Shown here piece by piece: positions 6,702-14,855 of a stretch of 33,610 nucleotides of DNA. The stretch's first letter is position 1; the number at the start of each line of letters is the position of its first letter. The notes beneath the pieces were generated by a model. That model had not been told where the DNA came from. It was given only the letters and a program-made list of their open reading frames with translations, and made no database searches. The translations under genes were made by a program, and so were the position numbers. The stretch spans positions 1-33,610 of IMG/VR virus record IMGVR_UViG_3300033067_001492; one strand, written 5' to 3'. The DNA comes from a virus (Duplodnaviria > Caudoviricetes).

Positions 6702-7211
6702 GTGGCTGGACGACCGAGCGAAACACATGGGCGAGGGCGCCCAACGGAACTGACCGCTGCGAAGGCGCAGGTCATCTGCGATCTGGTGCGGACGGGCATG
6801 CCGATCGTGCGCATCGCTGCCAGCATCGGAGTCAGGCCGCAGACCATCAGCGAATGGCGAGCCAAGGGGCGCGACGGCAGGCAGCCCTACGCGGATTTCG
6901 CGGCCGCTGTAAACGCGGCGCAGGCAGACCTTGAGAGGGAGTGTCTGACCAACATCAAGGCGGCCGGACTCGACGCGAAGAACTGGACGGCGAACTGCTG
7001 GATCCTCGAGAGGCTGCACCCGCAAGCCTACGCGGCGGCGTACTACAAGGTGCGGGCGAAGTCGGCGAAGCAGGGTGAGAACGCGGCCATGAAGGCGGCG
7101 CCTCCCCCGCCGGACGTGGCTGCGATCGTGCGCTACCTGGCCGAGACGCGGCCGGAGTTGCTGCGCGATGCGCTGGCGAGCGTGGATCCGAAGGAGGAGG
7201 TGCGGCAGTGA
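6702..7211 (+). CDS. terS: terminase small subunit
   Basis: GRPTELT start, HTH (IAASIGVRPQTISEWR) and NWTANCWILERLHP motif typical of terS-like proteins; first gene of the packaging region. Confidence 0.7.
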   Translation: MAGRPSETHGRGRPTELTAAKAQVICDLVRTGMPIVRIAASIGVRPQTISEWRAKGRDGRQPYADFAAAVNAAQADLERECLTNIKAAGLDAKNWTANCWILERLHPQAYAAAYYKVRAKSAKQGENAAMKAAPPPPDVAAIVRYLAETRPELLRDALASVDPKEEVRQ

Positions 7212-7519
7212 GCTACCCCGCGAACACCGGCCTCCGCTGCCTGCTGCTCGTGGCGCTCAAGGCGCCGTTGACGACGGCGGACGCAGCGTCTCGGGTGCGC
7301 TGCGATGTCGCGACGGTCAAGGCGATGCTGGGGTTGATGCGTGCCGAGGGCCTTGTGGTGTCGACGACGACGAAGACCCGCCGCATGCGTGCGGGCGTCA
7401 CGGTGTGGGGGCTGAGCATCGAGGCCGTCGAGGCCGAGGCGCGGCGTCTGCGCGAGCACGAGGCGCGGCCGGCGGAGTTTGGGGCGGCGCGGTTCGGGAC
7501 GTTGCGGAGGCAGGCGTGA
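7208..7519 (+). CDS. winged-helix-like DNA-binding protein
   Basis: PLTTADAASRVRCDVATVKAMLGLMRAEGLVV...VTVWGL pattern. Confidence 0.5.
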   Translation: MSYPANTGLRCLLLVALKAPLTTADAASRVRCDVATVKAMLGLMRAEGLVVSTTTKTRRMRAGVTVWGLSIEAVEAEARRLREHEARPAEFGAARFGTLRRQA

Positions 7520-8004
7520 GCGAGCGCATCCCCTTCGCTGTGCGTGCGCCGGACGACGGCGACACGGCGTTCATCCGCGCGACGTGGATGCGCACCGCGC
7601 GGCCGTTGCTGCGAGGCGTGCCGGACGCCGTATTCCATCACGACCGCGTGGGCTACCGGCGGTGCGTCGAGGGCTACCTAGAGCGCGGGACGACGCTGGT
7701 GGCGTGCGACCCGGGGGAGCCTGATGTCATCTACGCCTGGGCCTGCGCGGAGGACGGCGTGCTGCACTGCGCATACACGCGGCTGCCGTTCCGCAAGCGC
7801 GGGCTGGCGACGGAGCTTGTGAGGCGCCTCGGGGTGTACGACCGAGCGCACCCGGTGGCGACGATGGAGGTGCCGCGGTGGTGGCAAACGCGGAACTGGG
7901 AGATCGACCCGTTCGCGCGTAGCATCGAGGGGCACGAGTACAGGGCGTGGTGTGTGACCGAGCACCTGCAATGCGGCGAGGTGCGTGTGGTGGGGGTGCG
8001 TTAG
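7516..8004 (+). CDS. GNAT-family acetyltransferase-like protein
   Basis: VRAPDDGDTAFI at the N-terminus; LHCAYTRLPFRKRGLATELV fits acetyl-CoA-binding motif A (R/QxxGxA). Confidence 0.65.
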   Translation: MSERIPFAVRAPDDGDTAFIRATWMRTARPLLRGVPDAVFHHDRVGYRRCVEGYLERGTTLVACDPGEPDVIYAWACAEDGVLHCAYTRLPFRKRGLATELVRRLGVYDRAHPVATMEVPRWWQTRNWEIDPFARSIEGHEYRAWCVTEHLQCGEVRVVGVR

Positions 8005-8034
8005 CGGGCGGGCCCTGCTGGCGAGGAGTAGGCA

Positions 8035-8298
8035 ATGGCGACGACAACGATCATCAAGAGCGTGCGGGTAGCGTATCCGGTGGGGCAGAGCAGTGAGTCG
8101 TGGCTCACGGCGCCGGGTGCGTCGGGGCAGGGCTGGCGCATGTGGCCGGGCACGTGGGAGGGACTGCAAGGCATCCACGCGGTGCAGCAGCGCGGGGGCA
8201 AGGACGTAGCCGAGGCGCGCTACTTCGTGCCGAGCGCGGGCGTGCTGAGCGTGCATCTCGAGGAGGTCGAGGAGACGAAGAAGGGTGGTGCGAAGTGA
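8035..8298 (+). CDS. hypothetical protein
   Basis: GAGGAG SD, ATG; coupled to the next gene. Confidence 0.65.
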   Translation: MATTTIIKSVRVAYPVGQSSESWLTAPGASGQGWRMWPGTWEGLQGIHAVQQRGGKDVAEARYFVPSAGVLSVHLEEVEETKKGGAK

Positions 8299-8513
8299 CC
8301 CCCCCCACGACAGCGCAGAAGCTGACCGACCTCCTGGCGGAGATCGGCCGCCGCGACGTGGAGCACGCCGACGTGATGGCGCGCCTGCGGGCCGAGGCGG
8401 TGCGGCTGCACACGCAGGCATCGGCGGAGGCGTTGCAGGCAGAGCGGCAGCGCCGCGAGGCTGCGGAGCGCGGGCTGGTGGCGGCTGCGGTGCCGGCGAA
8501 CGAGGCGGGGTGA
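8295..8513 (+). CDS. small coiled-coil hypothetical protein
   Basis: GTGA coupling at both ends. Confidence 0.55.
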   Translation: MTPPTTAQKLTDLLAEIGRRDVEHADVMARLRAEAVRLHTQASAEALQAERQRREAAERGLVAAAVPANEAG

Positions 8514-8893
8514 CCTCGCAACTCCGCATCCTGCGCTTCCCCAACGGCTCCGCGGTGCTGGAGCGGCGCGCGCATGCAAGGGCGCCGTGGGCCGGCTGGG
8601 AGGGTGACAGCATCATCGCACGCGGCAGCGTCGAGGCGTGCCGTGCTGCGGCGCGGGGCATCGGCGTGCTGGTGCGGGATGACGACGCGGCGAACTACCA
8701 CGACGGCGTCGACGAGTACCCGGAGCCGGGGTCGTACGTCGCGCTTGCGGAAGCCGCCTGCGCCGAATGCCCAGAGCCGCAGTCGGACAGGTGGCGTGGC
8801 CTGCTTTGGCGAGCCAACGCCTGGCTTCTCATGGACCTGGCCAGGAAGCTGGATGCGCGCCCCGTTCCCCCTCACACCGCGAGCGACTTCTGA
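8510..8893 (+). CDS. hypothetical protein
   Basis: GTGA and TGATG coupling. Confidence 0.55.
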   Translation: MTSQLRILRFPNGSAVLERRAHARAPWAGWEGDSIIARGSVEACRAAARGIGVLVRDDDAANYHDGVDEYPEPGSYVALAEAACAECPEPQSDRWRGLLWRANAWLLMDLARKLDARPVPPHTASDF

Positions 8894-9123
8894 TGGCCCG
8901 CAACAACCGCAAGGCTCGCCGGGCGCATTTGCAGCCAGTGCCCACCGACATCGAGTTCTCCAACATGGCCGCCATTGGGGCATGGACGGTGGTCAACGAG
9001 TGGCGCACCGATGCGTGGGCGGCTGAGTACGGTCGGCAGTTGGAGATGCTCAAGCGAGCGTATACGGACTGGAAGGACCACACCAAGCGCGCCGGCTGGA
9101 AGGTGCAGCGGGTGCCGTGGTGA
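8893..9123 (+). CDS. hypothetical protein
   Basis: TGATG coupling; MARNNRKARR... Confidence 0.55.
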   Translation: MARNNRKARRAHLQPVPTDIEFSNMAAIGAWTVVNEWRTDAWAAEYGRQLEMLKRAYTDWKDHTKRAGWKVQRVPW

Positions 9124-9311
9124 CCGACACCCGCCGCGTCCGCGCCATCCTCGAGAGCCTCGACCCGGCCGAGCTCGCGGGGTGGTTCTGCGCGGGGCTC
9201 GAGCAGAGCTGCGCGGGGGGCAGCGCTGCGGCGTGGCGGGCAAGGCACGAGCTGCGGGCGATGGAGCGAGCGATGGAGGCGCAGGGCGATGGGACTCGAC
9301 TGCCTAAGTGA
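9120..9311 (+). CDS. hypothetical protein
   Basis: GTGA coupling (start 9117 or 9120). Confidence 0.45.
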   Translation: MTDTRRVRAILESLDPAELAGWFCAGLEQSCAGGSAAAWRARHELRAMERAMEAQGDGTRLPK

Positions 9312-9669
9312 CTACGAGGCGCGACCGCCGACGATGACGGCGATGCACCGTGCAGCTGAGCGCGAGGCGGGCACCGATGTGTGGTCGTGGTTCTGCTCGT
9401 ACATGAACGCCGACGGAGACGCTTGGCGCCGCCGCCTGGAGAAGGAGCAAGGTCGGCGCGAAGCGGAACGCAATCGGCAGTACGAGAAGCGGCGGCAGGC
9501 AGCGGCGGCAGCGGAGGCTGTGCATCGGCGTGAGTGCGCGGCTCGCGAGCGAGAGGAGTGGCTGGCCTGGATACGTGGGGACGGAGGGCCCGAAGATGAG
9601 GCCGCCGAGGTGGCTCGCATCAACGCCGAGATCGACCGCATCAACGCCGAGGCCGGGGAGTGCAGATAG
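9289..9669 (+). CDS. hypothetical helical protein
   Basis: GGAGG upstream; overlaps the terL start; ends with a tandem RINAE repeat. Confidence 0.5.
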   Translation: MGLDCLSDYEARPPTMTAMHRAAEREAGTDVWSWFCSYMNADGDAWRRRLEKEQGRREAERNRQYEKRRQAAAAAEAVHRRECAAREREEWLAWIRGDGGPEDEAAEVARINAEIDRINAEAGECR

Positions 9670-11084
9670 ACCTAGCCGCCCTCGCGCGTGAGAGCGCGGT
9701 CTATGCGCTCGCGTTCAGGGAGCAGGCGGCGTTCATTCGCGCGCGTGCTCGCAAGAAGTCGTTGTTGTGCCCGCGCCGCGCTGGCAAGAGCGAGGCGGGG
9801 GCCATCTACCTCGTCCTAGAGGCCATCCGCTACCCAGGCGCGCGGTGCCTGTACATCGGCCTCACGCGCGACACCGCGAAGCGGATCATGTGGGACAAAC
9901 TCAAAGAGGTGCTGCGCCGCGCGGGCATCGACGCCACGCCCAACGAGCAGGAGCTTACGCTACGCCTCGCCAACGGCAGCGCCATCCGCCTCATGGGCCT
10001 CGACGCACACGAAGGCATGGCCGCCAAGGTGCTGGGCGACCACTACAGGCTCATCGTGCTGGACGAGGCGGCGAGCTTCCGCATCGACGTGAAGGCGTTG
10101 ATCAAGACGTACCTCGACCCGGCGACCAGCGACGACAACGGCACGATCGCGATGACGGGCACGCCGGACCCCGACGAGGCGCGCGGGTTCTTCTACGAGG
10201 TGACGACGGGCATGGAGCCGGGGTGGGAGCGCCATCGGTGGTCGACGCTCGACAACCCGTACATGGCCGACAAGCACCGCGACCGGCTGGCGGAGATCCA
10301 CGAGCTCGACCCGCTGTACGAGGACACCGACGAGTATCGCTGCATGTACCTGGGCGAGTGGCCGCGCGAGCAGGGAGGGCGCGTCTACGCCTTCGACCGC
10401 GCCCGCAACCTCGTGGACGAGGCGCCCGAGCTCGCCCACCACGTGCTCGGTCTCGACCTCGGGTGGGACGACGATACCGCGCTCGTCGAGGGCGGGTGGG
10501 CCGACGGAGACCCGACGCTGTACCTGACGCATGCAGAGAAGTGCCCCGAGATGTCGCTGGAGGAGATCGCCCAGCGGGTGCGTGCGCGGACGCAGGGCAA
10601 GCGAGACGTGCGCATTGTGGTGGACGGCGCCAACAAACAGGCGGTCATGGAGCTGCGCAGCCGCTACGCGCTACCGCTCATCGCCGCGGAGAAGACGGAG
10701 AAGGCCCACAACGTGCGGCTGGTGAACGACGACATGCGGCGCGGACGCGTCCTCGTGGTGCGCGGGACGTGCGGGCCACTCATCACGGAGTGGACCGGGT
10801 GCGACGAGGACGGCCGTCAGGTGCCCGGGGCCACCGCGCTCGTGTGGGACAGCAGGGCGCTCAACGGCAAGGTGCCGCGCAAGGTGGAGGACCCGCGATG
10901 CGCGAATCACGCCGCGGATTCTGCGCTCTATTTGATGCGTGCGTCTCGAGCGTGGCGCGAGGTCGTCACCGTCGCCAAGCCCCCCGATGGCAGCAACGGG
11001 GCGATCAAGCTGGCGATGGCCGAGGCGCGCAAGCGGAAGTGGAAGGCCATCCAGGCTGAGAGGTCGTGGGCCAACGGCGACTGA
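9660..11084 (+). CDS. terL: terminase large subunit
   Basis: Q motif (FREQ), Walker A CPRRAGKS, Walker B LIVLDEAA, coupling motif TGTP, RNase H-like GLDLGWDDDT and NHAADS. Confidence 0.95.
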   Translation: MQIDLAALARESAVYALAFREQAAFIRARARKKSLLCPRRAGKSEAGAIYLVLEAIRYPGARCLYIGLTRDTAKRIMWDKLKEVLRRAGIDATPNEQELTLRLANGSAIRLMGLDAHEGMAAKVLGDHYRLIVLDEAASFRIDVKALIKTYLDPATSDDNGTIAMTGTPDPDEARGFFYEVTTGMEPGWERHRWSTLDNPYMADKHRDRLAEIHELDPLYEDTDEYRCMYLGEWPREQGGRVYAFDRARNLVDEAPELAHHVLGLDLGWDDDTALVEGGWADGDPTLYLTHAEKCPEMSLEEIAQRVRARTQGKRDVRIVVDGANKQAVMELRSRYALPLIAAEKTEKAHNVRLVNDDMRRGRVLVVRGTCGPLITEWTGCDEDGRQVPGATALVWDSRALNGKVPRKVEDPRCANHAADSALYLMRASRAWREVVTVAKPPDGSNGAIKLAMAEARKRKWKAIQAERSWANGD

Positions 11085-11090
11085 TGCCAG

Positions 11091-11125
11091 GTGCGCAGGT
11101 GCAAGCCTTCTGCTAGCCGCGCGAA
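11091..11125 (+). promoter_or_regulatory. conserved late-module motif, copy 1 (putative promoter)
   Basis: GTGCGCA...AAGCCTTCTGCTAGCCGCGCGAA, intergenic between terL and the next gene. Confidence 0.7.
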
Positions 11126-11143
11126 CGGGGGCTAAGGGGCACC

Positions 11144-11554
11144 GTGAGCAAGGGCAACACCGCAGAGAACGACGTACTTCTCCATCTGTTCAACGCCACG
11201 GCGCTGAGCTGGGCAGCCATCACGCACATCTACGTGGCGCTTCACACGGGCGACCCAGGCGAGGCTGGCAGCCAGACCACGAGCGAGTGTGCCTATGGGT
11301 CCTATGCCCGCGTCGCGGTGATTCGCACGGGTGCGGGCTGGACCGTCTCGGGCAACTCCTCGACCAACGTCGCCGCGATCGAGTTCCCCGAGTGCACCTC
11401 GGGCAGCGAGACCATCACGCACGTCTCGGTGGGCACGCTGACCAGCGGCGCCGGGCAGATCATCTACAGCGGCGCGCTCAACGCCTCGCGCTCGGTGTCG
11501 TCGGGCATCCAGCCTCGCTTCGCTGCGTCGGGCCTGACCATCACCGAGGACTGA
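11144..11554 (+). CDS. small virion structural protein (tail-associated type)
   Basis: YVALHTGDPG...YGSYARVAV...NVAAIEFP...ITHVSVG pattern common in phage tail-associated proteins. Confidence 0.75.
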   Translation: MSKGNTAENDVLLHLFNATALSWAAITHIYVALHTGDPGEAGSQTTSECAYGSYARVAVIRTGAGWTVSGNSSTNVAAIEFPECTSGSETITHVSVGTLTSGAGQIIYSGALNASRSVSSGIQPRFAASGLTITED

Positions 11555-11555
11555 C

Positions 11556-11729
11556 ATGCAGACGCCCATCATCGCCGGCTTTCCGCAGCCTCCCTACACC
11601 TGCAAGCAGTGCGGCCTCGCCGTGCTCGTGCGCCCGGGCCACGAGCCGCTGCGCGCGTGCGACTGCAAGGCGCCGATCGTCGCCAACGTCACCGCGCAGG
11701 CCCACGGAAGCGGCGGGATGAAGGGCTGA
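11556..11729 (+). CDS. 57-aa zinc-ribbon-like protein (not in ORF track)
   Basis: MQTPIIAGFPQPPYTCKQCGLAVLVRPGHEPLRACDCKAPIVANV...; GAGGA SD; fills the gap between its neighbours with 1-nt spacers. Confidence 0.65.
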   Translation: MQTPIIAGFPQPPYTCKQCGLAVLVRPGHEPLRACDCKAPIVANVTAQAHGSGGMKG

Positions 11730-11730
11730 C

Positions 11731-12594
11731 GTGGCGGGCTTCGCCAACATCCGCGAGTTTGCCGGCTGCCACGAGGCGGGGCGCACGGTGGTCTCGCACT
11801 GCCGCAAGCTCCCTGGTGCGGCGATGGTGTCGACCGCGGGCTGGTGGGTTGACCTGTCCATGGGCGGCGGCAACCCGCTCACCAACTACTACGCCGGCAG
11901 CCCGCTCGCAGCCTCGACGCTCGACGGCACGCGCGGCATCTGGCACGGCACCGACAAGAGCCCGCAGGAGACGTACCTGACGGGCATGGCGCTGAACACC
12001 ATCACGGCGGGACTCGTCGGGCACTACAAGCTGCTCGACTACCTGCTGTTTTACCCGTTCGTTGACGGCGACGCGACCGACGAGCAGGCGATGGACAACA
12101 ACGTGACGCTGCCCCGCTACACGAGCGGCGAAGGAGTCTACGCCATGCTCGTGGCCACGGGCGCAAGCACGGGCGGCGGGGTGTTTACGTACAACTACGT
12201 GGACAGCGCGGGCAACGCGCAGACGTCACCGACCATCTCGTGCAGCGTGGCTGCGGCCAACGTCGCCAGCATCGCGACGAGCGAGCCGGCCACCGCTGCG
12301 GGCGGCAAACTCTGGCTGCCGATGGCCTCGGGCACCAAGGGCATCCGCTCGATCACCTCGCTGACGTACAGCGTGCCGAACGGCGGCGTCTGCGCGCTCG
12401 TGCTCGTCAAGCCGCTGCTCGACCACACCATCCTCGAGCTCAACACGCCTCACGAGGTCAACCTGATCCGCGAGGGCTACCGGCTGCCGCGTGTCGTCGA
12501 CGGCGCGTACCTGAATCTCATCATGAAGTGCGCGGCCACGGTCGCGTCATCCACCCTGACGGGGCGATTCGAGTTCGCCTGGAACAGCGCATAG
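11731..12594 (+). CDS. putative virion protein, paralogue A
   Basis: T/S/G/A-rich; shares LxDxLxxY, GIRSI, KPL and LPR(V/I)xDGAxL with the next gene. Confidence 0.75.
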   Translation: MAGFANIREFAGCHEAGRTVVSHCRKLPGAAMVSTAGWWVDLSMGGGNPLTNYYAGSPLAASTLDGTRGIWHGTDKSPQETYLTGMALNTITAGLVGHYKLLDYLLFYPFVDGDATDEQAMDNNVTLPRYTSGEGVYAMLVATGASTGGGVFTYNYVDSAGNAQTSPTISCSVAAANVASIATSEPATAAGGKLWLPMASGTKGIRSITSLTYSVPNGGVCALVLVKPLLDHTILELNTPHEVNLIREGYRLPRVVDGAYLNLIMKCAATVASSTLTGRFEFAWNSA

Positions 12595-12602
12595 GAGAGC
12601 AC

Positions 12603-13757
12603 ATGGCCGGCTTCGGATCGCACGATGACCTCATCTCGGAACTCACCGCACAGGGCAAGTTCCGCAGCATCGAGCAGGCCAAGACGACGGCGCCCGTCCA
12701 CACCGCGGGCGGCTGGCACATGCTGTCGGGCCTCGCGGGCTACCCGAACGCAACGACGTTCCCCGGGACCGACCTCGTGTGGTCCAACTGCGACGAGAAC
12801 ACGGGCGACGGCACCACGATCCTCGGCCCCCCGCACGGCGGCGCGGTCAGCACCGACACGAAGCACATCCTGGCCGTGGGCGCGTCCATCACCGCAGCGG
12901 CCGGCGCGCCGTGGCAGGCCAAGCTCGTCGACCTGCTCGGCTACTACCGCCTGAGCACGACCAACGTGACCGGCACCGGAAGCCGCGTGCTGGTCAACAG
13001 CGAGACGTTCACCGCCAACGCGGGGACCGACTTGCTCACCTACGCGCAGGACTGGAAGAGTGGCACCAAAGTGCGGTTTACGACCACGACCACGCTGCCG
13101 GCGGGGCTCAGCCTGAACACCGACTACTGGCTGGTGCGGCAGTCAGCGACGACGGCGAAGGTCGCGAGTTCGTACGCCAACTACGTGGCCGGCACGACGA
13201 TCGACATCACCGACGCGGGCACCGGGACGCACACGCTCACGACCCGGGTCGCGCGCTACAACGACGGCATCGGCGCACAGGCTGCCTTCGTGGTGCAGAC
13301 GCAGCCCACGGCGGGCGGCCCCAACCTCAGCGCGAGTTCGTACACCAACAGCGCCGGCACCAACTCGAGGGCCTTCCAGGGCTCGCCGACGATGGCAGCC
13401 ACCGCCGACGGCTACGCCACGCGCATCCTGCACAGCGGCAACGCCGCGGGCCGCTACGGGCCCTTCCTGCCGTTGCAGGGCGCGGACACCGGCATCCGCT
13501 CGATCGAGTCGTTCACATGGTCGGGCGGCACCGCGTACACCGGATCGGGCGTCGTCGCGCTGACCATCTACAAGCCCCTGGGCGTTGACCTCATCCTGCC
13601 CGCGACGGGCGTCTGGTCGGAGAAGGATCTCGTCAACCAAGTGCCCTCGCTCCCGCGCATCGAGGACGGCGCCTGCCTCGCGTGGCTGCTGTTCGGCGTG
13701 GGCGCAACCACCACCGCGAGCCCGTTCCTGGCGCGCGTGGACGTGGGCTGGGGCTGA
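12603..13757 (+). CDS. putative virion protein, paralogue B with an inserted domain
   Basis: AGGAG SD, ATG 12603 (MAGFGSHDDL); same motifs as paralogue A plus an ~80-aa insert. Confidence 0.75.
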   Translation: MAGFGSHDDLISELTAQGKFRSIEQAKTTAPVHTAGGWHMLSGLAGYPNATTFPGTDLVWSNCDENTGDGTTILGPPHGGAVSTDTKHILAVGASITAAAGAPWQAKLVDLLGYYRLSTTNVTGTGSRVLVNSETFTANAGTDLLTYAQDWKSGTKVRFTTTTTLPAGLSLNTDYWLVRQSATTAKVASSYANYVAGTTIDITDAGTGTHTLTTRVARYNDGIGAQAAFVVQTQPTAGGPNLSASSYTNSAGTNSRAFQGSPTMAATADGYATRILHSGNAAGRYGPFLPLQGADTGIRSIESFTWSGGTAYTGSGVVALTIYKPLGVDLILPATGVWSEKDLVNQVPSLPRIEDGACLAWLLFGVGATTTASPFLARVDVGWG

Positions 13758-13758
13758 C

Positions 13759-14820
13759 GTGGCCCTGCTCGGCAACGGCGTCCGCCTAGGCGCGATGAAC
13801 CCTGGCCGCTCCGGCTTCGGGAACGCTTCCGTCTACGGCGTCCTGCGCGCGGGCAACCAGAGTGGCGGCGGCCTGCGCAACTGGTGGGCCAGCGAGGCCA
13901 CCTACAAGCCAACACCGGCGGTCCCAGGCGCCGTCTACACCAGCATTCCCGATGGTTACAACGCCCCGGGCGCGTGGGCGCTGGCGCCGAAGGCGGGCGG
14001 CATGGCCTCGCGGAACATGATCGCGGGCTCGGGCAGCATCAGCGCCGCCGCGCTGTTCTCGAGCACGCCGCTGACCGCGACGCTGGCCGGCACCGGCAGC
14101 ATCAGCAGTGCCGCGTGCGCGCTCGTCATCAGCCTCGCCGCCACGCTGGCGGGCGTCGGCAGCCTGTCGGGCTCCGCCGTCGGAGGCTTGCAGCTCGCCG
14201 CTACGCTCGCGGGGCAGGGCTCGCTTGCCGCGTCGCTAAAGGTGGTCGCTGGCCTCGTCGCCACGCTGCCGGGCACGGGGAGCATCGCCGCCAACCTGAC
14301 CGGCTACGCCAACATGGAGGCTGACATCCTGCCCTATACGGACCTGAGCCCGCAGGCCCTGGCAGCGGCCGTCTGGAACGCGGCGGTGGCGAGCTATCTC
14401 GAGGCGGGCAGCACAGGCGCGGCGCTCTACGACGCATCACAGGGCAGCGGAGGAGGCGGAGCGGTGTCGACATACAACAGCACGAGAGGTGTGGCAGGCG
14501 AGGCGCGGTGGCTGGCGGGCTCGACGGCGTCGAGGCAGTTCCGCTTGCTGGGCCTCGACGGCGACAGCGAGGATCTGACCGGCTACGCCGTGACCGCCTA
14601 CTGCAAGCCCGATGCGGGGGGCGCCACGTTCTCGCGGAGTTGCACCGTGGTGTCTGCGGCGCTGGGTGACGTGTCGTTCTCGATGGCGTCGCAGCAGTGG
14701 GGATACCTCGCGGGCAAGGGCTTCCAGCTGCAATTCAAGGCGGTCAACGGTGGCACCACCCGCTACTACCCCGAGGACGGGCCGGTTGCTGTGACGCTGG
14801 AGCATCTCGTCGCGGAGTAG
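13759..14820 (+). CDS. fibre-like virion protein with LAATLAGxGS repeats and a BppU-like C-terminal domain
   Basis: About four repeats of (L)xATL(A/P)GxGS; C-terminal DLTGYAVTAYCKP...GDVSF...LQFKAV...YP resembles BppU-N-type domains. Confidence 0.65.
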   Translation: MALLGNGVRLGAMNPGRSGFGNASVYGVLRAGNQSGGGLRNWWASEATYKPTPAVPGAVYTSIPDGYNAPGAWALAPKAGGMASRNMIAGSGSISAAALFSSTPLTATLAGTGSISSAACALVISLAATLAGVGSLSGSAVGGLQLAATLAGQGSLAASLKVVAGLVATLPGTGSIAANLTGYANMEADILPYTDLSPQALAAAVWNAAVASYLEAGSTGAALYDASQGSGGGGAVSTYNSTRGVAGEARWLAGSTASRQFRLLGLDGDSEDLTGYAVTAYCKPDAGGATFSRSCTVVSAALGDVSFSMASQQWGYLAGKGFQLQFKAVNGGTTRYYPEDGPVAVTLEHLVAE

Positions 14821-14855
14821 GTGCACATCCCGAAGGCTTCTGCTAGCCGCGCGAA
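14821..14855 (+). promoter_or_regulatory. conserved late-module motif, copy 2
   Basis: GTGCACA...AAGGCTTCTGCTAGCCGCGCGAA fills the whole intergenic gap before the portal. Confidence 0.7.

Noticed and set aside
89-9123. Very frequent GTGA/ATGA/TGATG start-stop overlaps
   Set aside because: Ordinary translational coupling in GC-rich phages; used only to choose start codons.
11731-13757. DGR template/variable repeat pair
   Set aside because: Similarity is at the protein level only; no near-identical repeat with adenine-specific differences and no reverse transcriptase in the window.
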